Assembly (NCBI GenBank): GCA_048128005.1
Contig: JBEUKZ010000112.1
Coordinates: 372,001 to 436,000, forward strand
Origin: Veleropilina oligotropha
Taxonomy: Eukaryota
Length of the DNA stretch: 64,000 bases
Direction of reading: 5' to 3'
Of this stretch, positions 11,237-21,800 are shown piece by piece. Made by a program: the position numbers and the translations under genes. The notes under the pieces are model-generated. The model saw only the letters and a program-made list of their open reading frames with translations, searched no databases and was not told the origin of the DNA. Numbering within the stretch: position 1 is the first letter of the stretch; each line of letters opens with the position of its first letter.

Positions 11237-14194
11237 TTACTGATTAGAAGACCTCGGTCTAACAATAACCCTTTGTGCAGCAACACACTGTAAGCTGCTC
11301 AGGCCATCAGCACCTGTTGAGTAGTCCCGCAGATAATGTTTGACAAACACATTAGCGTTTTTCCAATATCCAGCCTGGAGTAACGCATTGATATTTAAAT
11401 TATGTCGGAATGCTACAGACGCGGCAATTGCCCGGACTTCATGTGCGCGGACCGATAAAATAGTTCGGTCGTCGTCATCACAACGGATGTAAACATCTCT
11501 CACAGTTTGTGAAATCCACCGCGAAACAGTTGTCCTCGTAATGTCGCGGGTGTAAGTAGGTAAATACGATACGAATAAACGTAATTTCCCTGTCCGCATT
11601 TCACGGGTTCTGTCTAGGTAGAAGCGAAGCGCCCGTACCGGGCAATTGAGGCGGTCTGCATCGTGCCGTCCGACTAGCGTTAGCTTGGGAATAACAACAT
11701 CAGGTGCGTCCTCGTTCGGCCGTTGGTTCTTGGCTAGAAAGCCAAGAATAGGACGCAGTATCACCGACCCGTCTGACTGGAATCGTATATCTCTTAGCTC
11801 GGAGGAGAAAGCATGGATCTCGGAACAACGCCTGCCCGACGCTAAGGCGATCAGAAAAACCGTTTTGTGCGTCAAGTTCCTCATGGTTATCTCGGACATC
11901 GGCTCATACGGGGGTAAGAGTAATGCGTTAAGAATAAGTACGATATTCCAGGCAGGTGGCTTAATTCTTCGGGTCGGTATCTCGAGTTCGTAAGATCGTA
12001 TAAAATCTGATATCGTTCGGTCGCTTGATAGGCCAGCATGGGCACGACACTGCTTTAGCGTGGTCGCGATCGTTGCCCGATAGCCTTTGACGGCGGACAC
12101 TGACATACCGCGGTCGAAGAGCGACGATAAAAACTCGGTAAACTTGTTCACAGGGGGACGGAGTATATTGACCTGCCTGCTGTGACACCAATCCACGTAC
12201 TTAACCCATCGGTAGTCATAGACTTTTGTAGTGGAAATCCTTCTCGATCGATAGATACGTAAGGCTGTAGCTTTAGAAAATCCTTTCTTAGCAAGGGATC
12301 GTTCGATAACCGCCAGGCGTGTAAACGTAAGTGGTTCGGCGACTCGTGGAGTACACGGGAGCGTGGTTGCATTAACAGGTCTAGTTTCTGCGGTAACGCT
12401 AACGGTCGATCGACGATCAGATCGAGGAGGGTCGGAAACCAAGGTTGCGTGCGATACAGGGGCGCTATTAGCGTTATCTCGCAACGTTCGGTCGCTGCCT
12501 TCTGTAATACCAGTGATAGAATGCACGTCGGGGGGAAGGCATACGCGGACAGATTCTCCCATGTCATTGACATTGCGTCGACCGCTAGGGCGGCCGGGTC
12601 TGGGTACGGGGAGACATACAGAGGTAGTCGGTAATTGAATTCTGTTGCAAACAAATCGACTTGGGGTTGCGACCACCGGCGGCAAACATCCCGAGCTACT
12701 CGGCTGTGTAGCGTCCACTCTGTGTGTATTATCTGTGATCTCCGAGAGAGCGAATCCGCTCTGACATTCAGCTTTCCCGGGATGTGTCGGGCTCGAATCG
12801 TCGAGTTGAGGGACATCACTAAGCGGTGTAGGTCTATTGCTCGGTCGCATAGGGGACGCGAGCGAGTACCGCCCTGGTGCTGTATGTAAGCGACGACAGT
12901 CGTGTTGTCCGTGGCGAGCATGATATGCTTGTTGCGGAGATGTAACGAGAGGGACCGTACTGACAGGAAGACGGCTTCTAACTCTAGGAAGTTGATATGT
13001 CGTCCCTGAAGGACTGTCGGCCATAGGCCTGATGTCTCGTAACTGTCGAGGTGACCACCCCAGCCGTCGTTCGAAGCGTCTGTGAACAGGTAAGCGTTCG
13101 GCTCTGGTGGGGATATAGGAACCGACTGGTCCGGCAAAGCGGGGTTCAACCACACTGCTGTCGTGTCGGTAAACCAATGCCGTAGATCGATGCGATCCGT
13201 CCACTGCCCCGTCCGTTGTATCCAGCGATCCCTGAACGCCTGTTGTAACGGTCTTTTGTCCATGCGACCCGTCGGTAGCAGGGGCGCTACCGACTCGATG
13301 TGCCCCAGGACAGTGGCCAGTTGTCGCGCCGTAGTTATGTCCGATGACAGGGTGTCTTGGATAACCGCGCGTAGGTTCCGCATACGCTTCTGGGTCGGCT
13401 TCGCGGTGTACCGGACCGTATCGAAGTCGACTCCGAGGAACGTAAACGTCGTCGAGGGCACGAAGCAGGATTTTGTCTCGTTGATCTGAAATCCCAGGCG
13501 CTTCGTCGATGACAGGGTAAAGCTCGTAGACCGGAGGCACAGATCCCGGGACGCCCCGAGGATCAGCCAGTCGTCGAGGTACATATGTACCCTGTGCCCT
13601 AGAGAGTGTAGGAAGGCCCCTAGGGCCTGTACTGTTCTCGTGAAGACGTACGGGGCTGACGATAGACCGAACGGTAGGCACCTGAATTGGTAGATCGTCT
13701 TCCCGTGTATAAACCGAAGGTACTGATGAGCCGTGACATGCATCGGGACATGCAGATACGCGTCGGCGAGATCGATAGACGCTGCCCAGTCGCCCGGACG
13801 GATGGCCGCTCGAATCTTCGAGAGGGTTTCTTGCTGGAATTTCTCGGTACGAAGATATCGGTTTAGCTACGAGAGATCGAGGATCGGTCTCCAGCGGCCA
13901 TCGGGTTTCGGGACCAGGAAGAAATGGCTGTAAAATCCTGGTGTGCTGGGCGGCGCGGGATATATCGCTCTTTTTAGGAGCAAATCCCGCACTGCCTGGT
14001 CTAAGACCGCTTGTTTCTCTCCGTTTAGGAGTCGAGCGTGTCTTGTTGGTGGTGCCTCGGTTAAGGTCGGATGCCGGTTGAATGCCAACTTGTATCCGGC
14101 ACTCACGACTAAGTGGACCCAGTTGCTGTCTGTCAGCTCTAGCCAGGGCTGGCTGTGTGCTAACAGGCACGCTCCCACCGTCGGGAGCGGGCAA
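11237..14194 (-). CDS. DIRS tyrosine recombinase ORF (long N-terminal part overlaps pol in another frame)
   Basis: The C-terminal ~350 aa carry YR motifs ASGRRCSEIHA, CPVRALRFYL, RAHEVRAIAAS and GYWKNANVFVKHYL. Confidence 0.9.
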   Translation of the reverse strand: MPAPDGGSVPVSTQPALARADRQQLGPLSRECRIQVGIQPASDLNRGTTNKTRSTPKRRETSGLRPGSAGFAPKKSDISRAAQHTRILQPFLPGPETRWPLETDPRSLVAKPISSYREIPARNPLEDSSGHPSGRLGSVYRSRRRVSACPDACHGSSVPSVYTREDDLPIQVPTVRSIVSPVRLHENSTGPRGLPTLSRAQGTYVPRRLADPRGVPGSVPPVYELYPVIDEAPGISDQRDKILLRALDDVYVPRSRLRYGPVHREADPEAYAEPTRGYPRHPVIGHNYGATTGHCPGAHRVGSAPATDGSHGQKTVTTGVQGSLDTTDGAVDGSHRSTALVYRHDSSVVEPRFAGPVGSYIPTRAERLPVHRRFERRLGWSPRQLRDIRPMADSPSGTTYQLPRVRSRLPVSTVPLVTSPQQAYHARHGQHDCRRLHTAPGRYSLASPMRPSNRPTPLSDVPQLDDSSPTHPGKAECQSGFALSEITDNTHRVDATQPSSSGCLPPVVATPSRFVCNRIQLPTTSVCLPVPRPGRPSGRRNVNDMGESVRVCLPPDVHSITGITEGSDRTLRDNANSAPVSHATLVSDPPRSDRRSTVSVTAETRPVNATTLPCTPRVAEPLTFTRLAVIERSLAKKGFSKATALRIYRSRRISTTKVYDYRWVKYVDWCHSRQVNILRPPVNKFTEFLSSLFDRGMSVSAVKGYRATIATTLKQCRAHAGLSSDRTISDFIRSYELEIPTRRIKPPAWNIVLILNALLLPPYEPMSEITMRNLTHKTVFLIALASGRRCSEIHAFSSELRDIRFQSDGSVILRPILGFLAKNQRPNEDAPDVVIPKLTLVGRHDADRLNCPVRALRFYLDRTREMRTGKLRLFVSYLPTYTRDITRTTVSRWISQTVRDVYIRCDDDDRTILSVRAHEVRAIAASVAFRHNLNINALLQAGYWKNANVFVKHYLRDYSTGADGLSSLQCVAAQRVIVRPRSSNQ

Positions 14195-14430
14195 CTGGGG
14201 CCGTCGCGAATGCCGGCAGCCCTAGGGCCGAGGCTTCCCTCTCCCGCTCTGCTTGCGGGATTTCGTTGGAGGTGCTTGCCTCTTTGGAGTGGGTTTATTG
14301 GCCGGAGGCCTACCACCCGAAGAGGGCTTCGCACGCTTAGAAGGCTTCGGGGCCGGGGTGGGCCCGGAGCGCTTCTTCGAGTTGGCAGGTGGACCCCGGG
14401 TGGGGAGCAGTACTGCCTTCTCGATGGCAC
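12148..14430 (-). pseudogene. DIRS pol (RT, RNase H, adenine-methyltransferase-like domain) with one in-frame stop
   Basis: ORFs 13867-14430 and 12148-13743 share a frame and are split by TAG at 13867-13869 (RPILDLS*LN). Motifs: DLADAY, LPFGLSSAP, YLDD, TDAS, HINFLEL, TDN, ADSLSR, VDLFA, AYAFPP. Confidence 0.9.
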
Positions 14431-15808
14431 GGTCCTTCATGTCCGCCGCTCTCTTGTCAACAAACTCCGAAAAGTTGTCACCAAAGAGAGTGGTGGCCGA
14501 GCAAGGTACGCATCGCAACGAGCGCCGGGTGGGCTCGTCCAGCGGGGTACCTTCCAGGCAAGCATCCCTACGAAGTAGGAGGGCATTGCCCAGGACACGT
14601 CCCGTCTCCAACGCGCTGGTCTCCTGCGCGGCAGCAACCTCCTGGAGGAAGGACAGGGCAGCCTCGGTGGCGCCGGGTCCATTCTCCTGTAGTACGGCTA
14701 TCGCGCCGTCCAAGAAAAAGTCCTGAACAGACGATAGCCGTAGAGCCCGTCGGGCGGCGCTCTCGAAAGCTTCCAAGGCGGACCAAGGAACTTTCGCTAC
14801 GGAGGGAGTGTGACTGGCGGTCAGTCGACGCAACGAAGCGTCAACACGAGCCGGCTCAGTCGCCAGGCACGGACCAGTGCATTCGAACGGGATCGCTCGA
14901 GTACTGGCCCGGAGGTACCTCCCACTACGGAACCCCGAAGGGAACTCGTTCAGCGGGGAGGACTCCACCGGATTGCGCCCCTGAACGAGCTTGGTGATCG
15001 AGTCTACAACCAGATCTACCAGCCCGGACTGAGGTAAGGAGGGGAGCTCGGGGGCTTCCCTACTGACTAACCGATGTGCTGCCGTCCTATGCTTGGCTAC
15101 GTCTACAGCCGACCGAGTCGGTTCCGACAAGCCAAGCACCCCGCGAAGTGACGCAACGGCGTCGAGCCTTCGGCGGGTGGAGGAGGTCGGCTCCTGCGTG
15201 CCTGTAAGACTAATGTCTTCGGGCCCGACCGATTCAGGGAGGTCGGTGTGATTGGAACCGAGGTCCTCGTCGGAACGAGGGTCGATGTCCATCACTGAGG
15301 CAGGAGCCGTGCTCTGCGCCATGGGCAGATGTGTAGGTACCTGGTGCGGCTCGGGAGCCGTCGGCCAGGCCTTACACCGTTCCTCGATCCCCGCCGCGAT
15401 CCATGCCTGGACGTTCTCAAAAGAGAAACCCGAAGGCAGGACGGGCGACGAACTAACAGCCGGTAGTTCTGTCGAGGTAACCGTGGCGCTAGGTAGACGG
15501 GCTGCACGGACAGGTGGTACCGAGGACCAGGGTCCACGGGCACTTGTCGAGGGGTCGAACCCGAAGGACTGGCCCGAAGGCACAGTCAGTTGGCCGGACG
15601 ACCGATAGGACTGCGGCAACAGTTCTGATCGGTCTACCACTCTGTTCGAGCGAGGCACGGACGGAAAACCGCCGTAGAACCCCGTCCCGAACGCAGCCGG
15701 TCTGTCCACGTTCTCTAGCGTGACCACGGTGGGTGCACGGGAGAGACCGGGCCCTCTGAATCTCGTGAGCTTCGAGGTTGAGCGGAAAACCCCTAGGGGA
15801 AGTCGCAT
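14222..15808 (-). CDS. DIRS gag-like ORF, C-terminal part
   Basis: Lies upstream of and overlaps pol; has the LLLRRDACL...LRCVP...TLFG segment and a basic tail typical of DIRS ORF1. Confidence 0.7.
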   Translation of the reverse strand: MRLPLGVFRSTSKLTRFRGPGLSRAPTVVTLENVDRPAAFGTGFYGGFPSVPRSNRVVDRSELLPQSYRSSGQLTVPSGQSFGFDPSTSARGPWSSVPPVRAARLPSATVTSTELPAVSSSPVLPSGFSFENVQAWIAAGIEERCKAWPTAPEPHQVPTHLPMAQSTAPASVMDIDPRSDEDLGSNHTDLPESVGPEDISLTGTQEPTSSTRRRLDAVASLRGVLGLSEPTRSAVDVAKHRTAAHRLVSREAPELPSLPQSGLVDLVVDSITKLVQGRNPVESSPLNEFPSGFRSGRYLRASTRAIPFECTGPCLATEPARVDASLRRLTASHTPSVAKVPWSALEAFESAARRALRLSSVQDFFLDGAIAVLQENGPGATEAALSFLQEVAAAQETSALETGRVLGNALLLRRDACLEGTPLDEPTRRSLRCVPCSATTLFGDNFSEFVDKRAADMKDRAIEKAVLLPTRGPPANSKKRSGPTPAPKPSKRAKPSSGGRPPANKPTPKRQAPPTKSRKQSGRGKPRP

Positions 15809-16472
15809 CGTTCTCGACCGAGGATTCAGGTTTCGCCGATTGTCCGAGTCTTAGACCTACAAGTAGGTGCCCGGCCTCTTTAAAGGCTTTCTCTGCATTG
15901 GGTCTGTCACCGTAGGAAGACGGTGAGTTTCCCGCAGAAGGACTAACTGTCCCCTTATTCTTCGAGGCCGAAGAAAAGGATGGGGATAGTCTGCCCTGTT
16001 CAGCTGTTCGCTGCGCTGTCATGTATACCTTGCTAGCCGGCAAGGTATGGCTGACTGCAGTTACTAGGCCCAGTTGTGGAGGAACGGTCGACACTCGGGT
16101 CTTTACCTGAATCTGGGGTACCGGCAAGGTTTCGGTGACTCCCCGAAGAGTCGCGGAGGTTTCGCCGGTGGATCCGGCGACAGACGTCCCCTTGTGTCGG
16201 CTGTCGTCCAGCGTCCCTGAAGCAGACAATGAAGAAACATTATGTTTTAACTTACCGGTCTCTTCATGACCCTTCTCCGGGGGAGGACCCACCGTGGCAG
16301 CCGCCCTGGTCGACTTACCCTGGTGAGACAGGACTGCCCACTGCTTATCTGATAGAAGAAAGCACAGATCACATTGATGTTGTATATTACAGCTACGGTG
16401 AATACGACATTCCTTGTGCCTATCAAATCCGTGAATTTTCTGGTTACACCCGGAGCTACTGCACCGGACCAT
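15489..16472 (-). CDS. DIRS gag-like ORF, N-terminal part with Cys/His zinc-finger-like motif
   Basis: Starts MVRCSSSGCNQKIHGFDRHKECRIHRSCNIQHQCDLC; it is in a different frame from 14222-15808, so a frameshift is likely. Confidence 0.65.
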   Translation of the reverse strand: MVRCSSSGCNQKIHGFDRHKECRIHRSCNIQHQCDLCFLLSDKQWAVLSHQGKSTRAAATVGPPPEKGHEETGKLKHNVSSLSASGTLDDSRHKGTSVAGSTGETSATLRGVTETLPVPQIQVKTRVSTVPPQLGLVTAVSHTLPASKVYMTAQRTAEQGRLSPSFSSASKNKGTVSPSAGNSPSSYGDRPNAEKAFKEAGHLLVGLRLGQSAKPESSVENDATSPRGFPLNLEAHEIQRARSLPCTHRGHARERGQTGCVRDGVLRRFSVRASLEQSGRPIRTVAAVLSVVRPTDCAFGPVLRVRPLDKCPWTLVLGTTCPCSPST

Positions 16473-17151
16473 AGCTAAATACACGGGCGGGTGGACATGG
16501 GTAGACGGGGTAGGTAAATAGGTATATGTATGGTAGTTGTGACTTCTTTCCTTTGGATGGAGTACTACGACAACTCACAGAATTGTCCTGATCTGAAGAT
16601 CAAAGATCAAGCGATATACCGTTAATAAGACCCCGAACTGGGAACACCGAGGTCGGGTATTTTACCCGACCGACCCGGTAACCCGGCAAATTGACTAAAA
16701 CAAACGGTGGTTCTTTCCTCGAAAAAACCGCCCAGAAAACACCTGAAAACCTCGTGGATGTTTTTATGTTAGTACAATGGCGTATTATCCCAGCAACGGC
16801 AGGATATCAGAAAAAACGCAAGCGTGATATCAAAAGATCCTGCCTTTTAACAACGCTAGAAATTTTTTATATAATAATAAATAACCAGCAAATAGCGTTG
16901 TTAAGGAATTATCCAATATAATGAGTTACCTGTTTGCAGTCTCAAACAATATCAGATAAATATACCGACCAGAAATTTCAGCTAAACTCGAAACTTTGTC
17001 CTCGAAGTTTTGAGAATCACTCTTCTTATATTCACTTGTGTTTTATATCCACAACACAGGGTTATATTCCACTACTTATAATCGATATAAGTAGAATACT
17101 GTGCCCAGATTTATTTGCGGAGCAAAACAACGTCTTTCCGCGGCAGCGGAA

Positions 17152-17368
17152 AACTTTGAATTGATGTCATGTGACTTCTATGGTTCAGAAGTCTCGCGAG
17201 ACTTGGCGAGGTCTCGCGGGGGAACGTGGGGGAGGAGGAGCAGGGGAGGTAACCGTGGTACGTTTTTGCGTCTTTGACTTATTAATAGTGCATAATGTGA
17301 CTTATTCACTGTTTCCGGTTTGGCAATAATATTACTATTATGGCAAGAGTAAGGACGTAAGTATGTTT
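17152..17368. repeat. DIRS inverted terminal repeat (5' end of element)
   Basis: Reverse complement of 10031-10247. Confidence 0.92.
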
Positions 17369-17380
17369 GTAACTATATAT

Positions 17381-18065
17381 CATCATTACACGAGCAAAAA
17401 ATTGAAAGCATGCAAGAGATTGTACATGTAACCTTGAGAAAAAAACTTCAACATCTAACTTTATAAAATTTTCCAAGTTAAAATCTCACAACTTCCTTTT
17501 TTGTGATAAAATAAATTTAATTTACCTTAAATAATACTGTCTGGTGCCATAGGATATTGAAATAAACATATCTAATGTTCAAAGATGCTAAAAAGTTTCA
17601 ATGTCAGATATTATAGCATCGTTGAAAAACTTGAACCAAAAACTTTAACAAAATATTTCTAAGTCCAGAAGTAGCACTTGGAGGTAAAATTTGATTTAAA
17701 TAACATTCCATGTTACTGTTATAATGTCATGCAACATTGGAGTAGCCATATGTCATATAAAACGATGATAAAGAGTGCACATGTTTGCCTATATAGCATT
17801 ATTGAAAAACTTTAACATTCAAAATTTCTAAGTCCAAAAGCAGCACTTTGAAGCAAAATTTTATTTAAATTACATTCAATATTACTAGTGTAGTGTTGTG
17901 CAATATGGGAATAGACATATCTACAATAATATTATGATAAAGAGAGCACAGGGTTGCCTATATAGCATGATTGAAAAACTTTAACATTCACTGCGGACGG
18001 CCGGACGGACGGACGTACATCATCATTACATAGGCTCGCATCTGCGTTGCATGCGAGCCAAAAAT
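17381..18065 (+). repeat. Continuation of the HINE/pearl-like tandem array
   Basis: Homologous to 9380-9997; ends in (GGAC)n plus the hairpin ggctcgcat...atgcgagcc and an A-run. Confidence 0.6.
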
Positions 18066-18367
18066 GATTACAATGTTGTGGTAAACTAACCGATTTAAAT
18101 CAAAATCATTAATAACAAAACTCCACACGAAAGAATAAGCCTTTTTTGCTAATTCTTTAAAATAATAATAAAAACCAAGAGGTGATGTCCACTTCCTCTA
18201 CAAGTTTTCAATTATAGCAAATGGTTATTAATAGACGAACAAAACCTGACCACATCCGCAATGCTTTCAAACTTCAAAGAGTTTTTTATCGCATGTTCAA
18301 TCATTCTACCAAGACACAATAGTAACTTGAGCAAGCTACATTTTATGACACATATCCTGGACATAAA

Positions 18368-19275
18368 TAGAGGATCTCATATGAGTGGTAATGTAATATC
18401 ACATTTATGAAACAAGTTTAACTAATTTTCATATTTTCCGAGGCTTGCCGAGGAAAATATGAAAATTAGTTAAACGAGTTTCATAAATGTGATATTACAT
18501 TATCACGAGTGTGAGGTTCTAGTTATCACATATATAGATCTTTGGTAGGAAATAAACTACAAACTCACGAAATTGCTTTACGGGTACGAAAGAATCAGCA
18601 GTAGATTGAAGGCCACATTCCGGTGTAGTGATATGTAAACAGTTTAATGCAAAAGGCCATCATGTTGACTCATTACATAAATTAGTAGCAATGCCCTCTA
18701 AAAATAGTGCGAGAGTAGTTGATTAATTGACATTAATAACTAACAAATATTCTTTGAAAATGAACAGATATAACTTTATATAAACTATATGAACATATTA
18801 GAATAACAATTTTCATTAATATTTAAAACTATCTGCCAAAGACAATAACGTGGGATATATATGACTGTGTCGCCGACCGGTTTGAATCTGTCTTTTGACG
18901 TCTGCTATCGCGGCCTACGTACCGGCATAAATGTGATTGTTGCGTCTGCAATCTCGTTACCTCGAAATCAGTTCCAATAATCTCTACCATGTTGTTGTTT
19001 TGTGGCCGTTGCTATAAATGTTTCCACTATCGCCGTCATAATGTCAACATTAAAAATATTGGCGGCAATCACGTTATGACATTATAGTAAATATATAATA
19101 CGTAGTAAAACAAGTAGTGCGCTCGACCTTTAGTGACACGCATTTCCATAGGCTGTTCGAATTTCATTCATTAAATCATCCAATCGCATTTCAATATGGC
19201 TGTTGACACACGTGTATTACGACAAATAATACACGGTGTTGCACTATGGGAAAATGACCTAGATATGTGATAACT
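18368..19275. mobile_element. Non-autonomous element with a long terminal hairpin (possibly Crypton-associated)
   Basis: 51-bp arms at 18389-18439 and 18452-18502 with 2 mismatches; gttatcacatat at ~18522 is inverted relative to atatgtgataac at ~19263. Confidence 0.45.
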
Positions 19276-19551
19276 GCAATTATTGAAATGGTAAACTCGC
19301 TTATTTCCTTGTATTCTTCTCTTTTTATGTTTACTTTTACAGTGTGCAAGTGCAATAGAGCTTTTCAGAGACTTCACAGCTTTACCAGATAATTTGGCCT
19401 GCCACGTAAAACTCGTTAAATTTGTAATATTATAAAACTAGTTGCCTGTCTTTTCCTCTCTCCCCATCAATGTATGTAGACGTATTGGTGTTATGATACA
19501 CTGCACTAACTCACTGATCAACACATAAATAACAATATATGCCTCCTCTAC

Positions 19552-20149
19552 CAGGGGTGCATTTTATTTAGAAAATCATAATCATATCTGATAAATAATA
19601 ATCATGATTTTGTCATTTTAATAAAACAGAAAAGCAAGAAAATGATCAAATTTGCGCATTCATAATAGTGATTAATAAATCGAATGGTAAATTGTAATCG
19701 TGATTAAAATATGGCCCATCAAATGGCAGCACAGTCAATGGCACACTTTTTCTTTCTGAAAAGTTTAATTGCACAAAAGGTAAATTTATGTGCTCCTATG
19801 TCTTACTTTATTTTGTTTTGTCTAAGGGACATAATTTAACATATACATCGATGTATTTTGTTGTAAAAATATTGTAGATGAAAAGAAATATAGTAAAAAA
19901 TGTCAATGTAAGTTAAATATACACTACAGTATATTTAAAAAAACAACCATTGACAAAACTCAGTATATTCTTCTTGCGTGACCGCGAGCACAACTTGTTC
20001 ACTGGGCGCCGACATTTTGGAATAAATCGTGATTTAAAGTCAACGTAGGCATGATTACTTATCATGATTATGATTCTATAAATAAAACATAATCATAATC
20101 ATGATCCACCAAACATGATTGTGATCGATGTAAATAAAATGCACCCCAG
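19552..20149. mobile_element. MITE with 19-bp TIRs (hAT-like CAGGG end)
   Basis: caggggtgcattttattta ... taaataaaatgcaccccag, with subterminal aatcat/atgatt repeats; no TSD found. Confidence 0.55.
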
Positions 20150-20487
20150 TGGTTTGTCTCTTATTTCCCCGTGATATAATTTACACTGATGATAACATCG
20201 CTCACTTCAAGGCAGCATTTCAGCATAAAGATAACACAATTTTGTTGCTCGTTGCAAAAGAGACAAATCAGTAAATTTACCAGTAGTCCGGCAGTGACAA
20301 GGATTTTTTCCCAAACCCAAAATTATCAGATACATTTTTTTACTTTTTTTATTATTCATTTATAGGACCTATATAAAGATATCCAGGTGGGTGTGAACTT
20401 CTCACTATTGGGTAATTTGAGATATTCCAATAATTCAAAATGGCTGCCAGTCCAAAATTTATTTTGCCAAGCGCAGTATTCTCAGAG

Positions 20488-21800
20488 CTCAGACTAATTG
20501 TCGATTTATCATCCCCGCATGATGATGACTCTTGTTTTAGCATCAATGACTTAATCGCTAAAGACTTGTGTAGTTTACACTACGTGAAAATAGATGAAGC
20601 AATGAAAACTATTGTACGTTTTGGGCGCGGTGCATTAATGTGCAAAGCTGACATCACTGACGCTTTTAAGCTAATACCTATCGTTAAGTCTCAGTGGCAC
20701 CTCTTCGGTATAAAATGGAACAGTTCGTATTATTTTTACACACGTCTAGCATTTGGTTGTCGCTCCAGCCCTGCTATTTTTGACACTCTATCTTGCGCAA
20801 TATGTTGGATCGCTCAACATAACTATGGCATTGAAACGATTCTACATCTGCTGGATGACTTTCTCACTATAGATCGCCCTTCTTCGGATGGCCAAAGAAC
20901 GATGGCGTTGTTAACTCTGATATTCGGCCGACTCAACATTCCTCTTTCACCATCCAAAACAACCGGACCTCACACTACTCTGGAGTACTTGGGCATCATC
21001 CTCGATTCAGAAAAAATGGAAGCCCGACTTCCGGTTGACAAAGTCTCTCGCATCAAAGAATTTATTTCGGCTATGCTTCATCGCAAGACTTGCACTAAGC
21101 GTGAGTTGTTACAGCTGCTCGGTCATTTGAATTACGCGAGTCAAGTGATCCACCCAGGACGGAGTTTCGTTTCATACTTAATCAAGCTCTCAACCACTGT
21201 TAAAAAATTACATCATCATGTGACTTTAACGAAACAGTGTCGGGAAGATCTTCTCATGTGGTTTAAGTTCTTAGAGCAGTGGAACGGCGTATAGGTTTTC
21301 CTGGACCTTCAGGTAACCGACTCGCAATCCTTACAGTTGTTTACAGACGCTTCTTCCACCATCGGATTCGGGGTTTTTTTCATGGGCCAATGGTTCGCTG
21401 AGAGTGGCCTTTAGACTTGCCAATCATCGATGATCAGGACTTGTCAATGGCATATCGTGAACTCTACCCAATAGTGATTGCTGTCATTATTTGGGGTCGA
21501 GTTTGGACAAAAAAGAAAATTCGTTTTTTATGCGACAACATAGCGACCAACTGTATCATAAACAAAGGACGATCGAAATGCGTGTACATCATGCCTCTCA
21601 TGCGACAGCTTACATGGTGTGCGGCTAAGGGTAATTTTACGTTTTCTGCTTCGTATATCCCTTCTAAACAAAATGATATTGCTGACGCTCTCTCTCGTTC
21701 ACAGATGTCGAGATTTCGGAGACTGGCTCCCAGCGCGGACCTCCAGCCACAGAGATGTCCTCCTTATTGCGACGTAATTTGGAACTCTACGAAAGTGTGA
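20488..21800 (+). pseudogene. Ngaro-like RT/RNase H, disrupted
   Basis: Motifs RLIVDLSSP, KADITDAFK, LAFGCRSSP, HLLDDF. A TAG at 21292-21294 (WNGV*VF) is followed by LFTDAS in the same frame, then frameshift(s) at ~21375-21415, then ELYPIV, CDN and ADALSR. Confidence 0.88.

Larger units (their letters stand above)
9998..17380 (-). mobile_element. Full-length DIRS1-like tyrosine-recombinase retrotransposon
   Basis: 217-bp inverted terminal repeats, an internal complementary region, and gag-like, RT-RNaseH-MT and YR ORFs in the DIRS order on the minus strand. Confidence 0.95.

Noticed and set aside
20440..20487. MAASPKFILPS... as the start of the RT protein
   Set aside because: The ATG lies in the flanking foldback repeat (aaaatggctgccagt recurs at ~25990 and elsewhere); it is an accidental in-frame fusion with a truncated RT.
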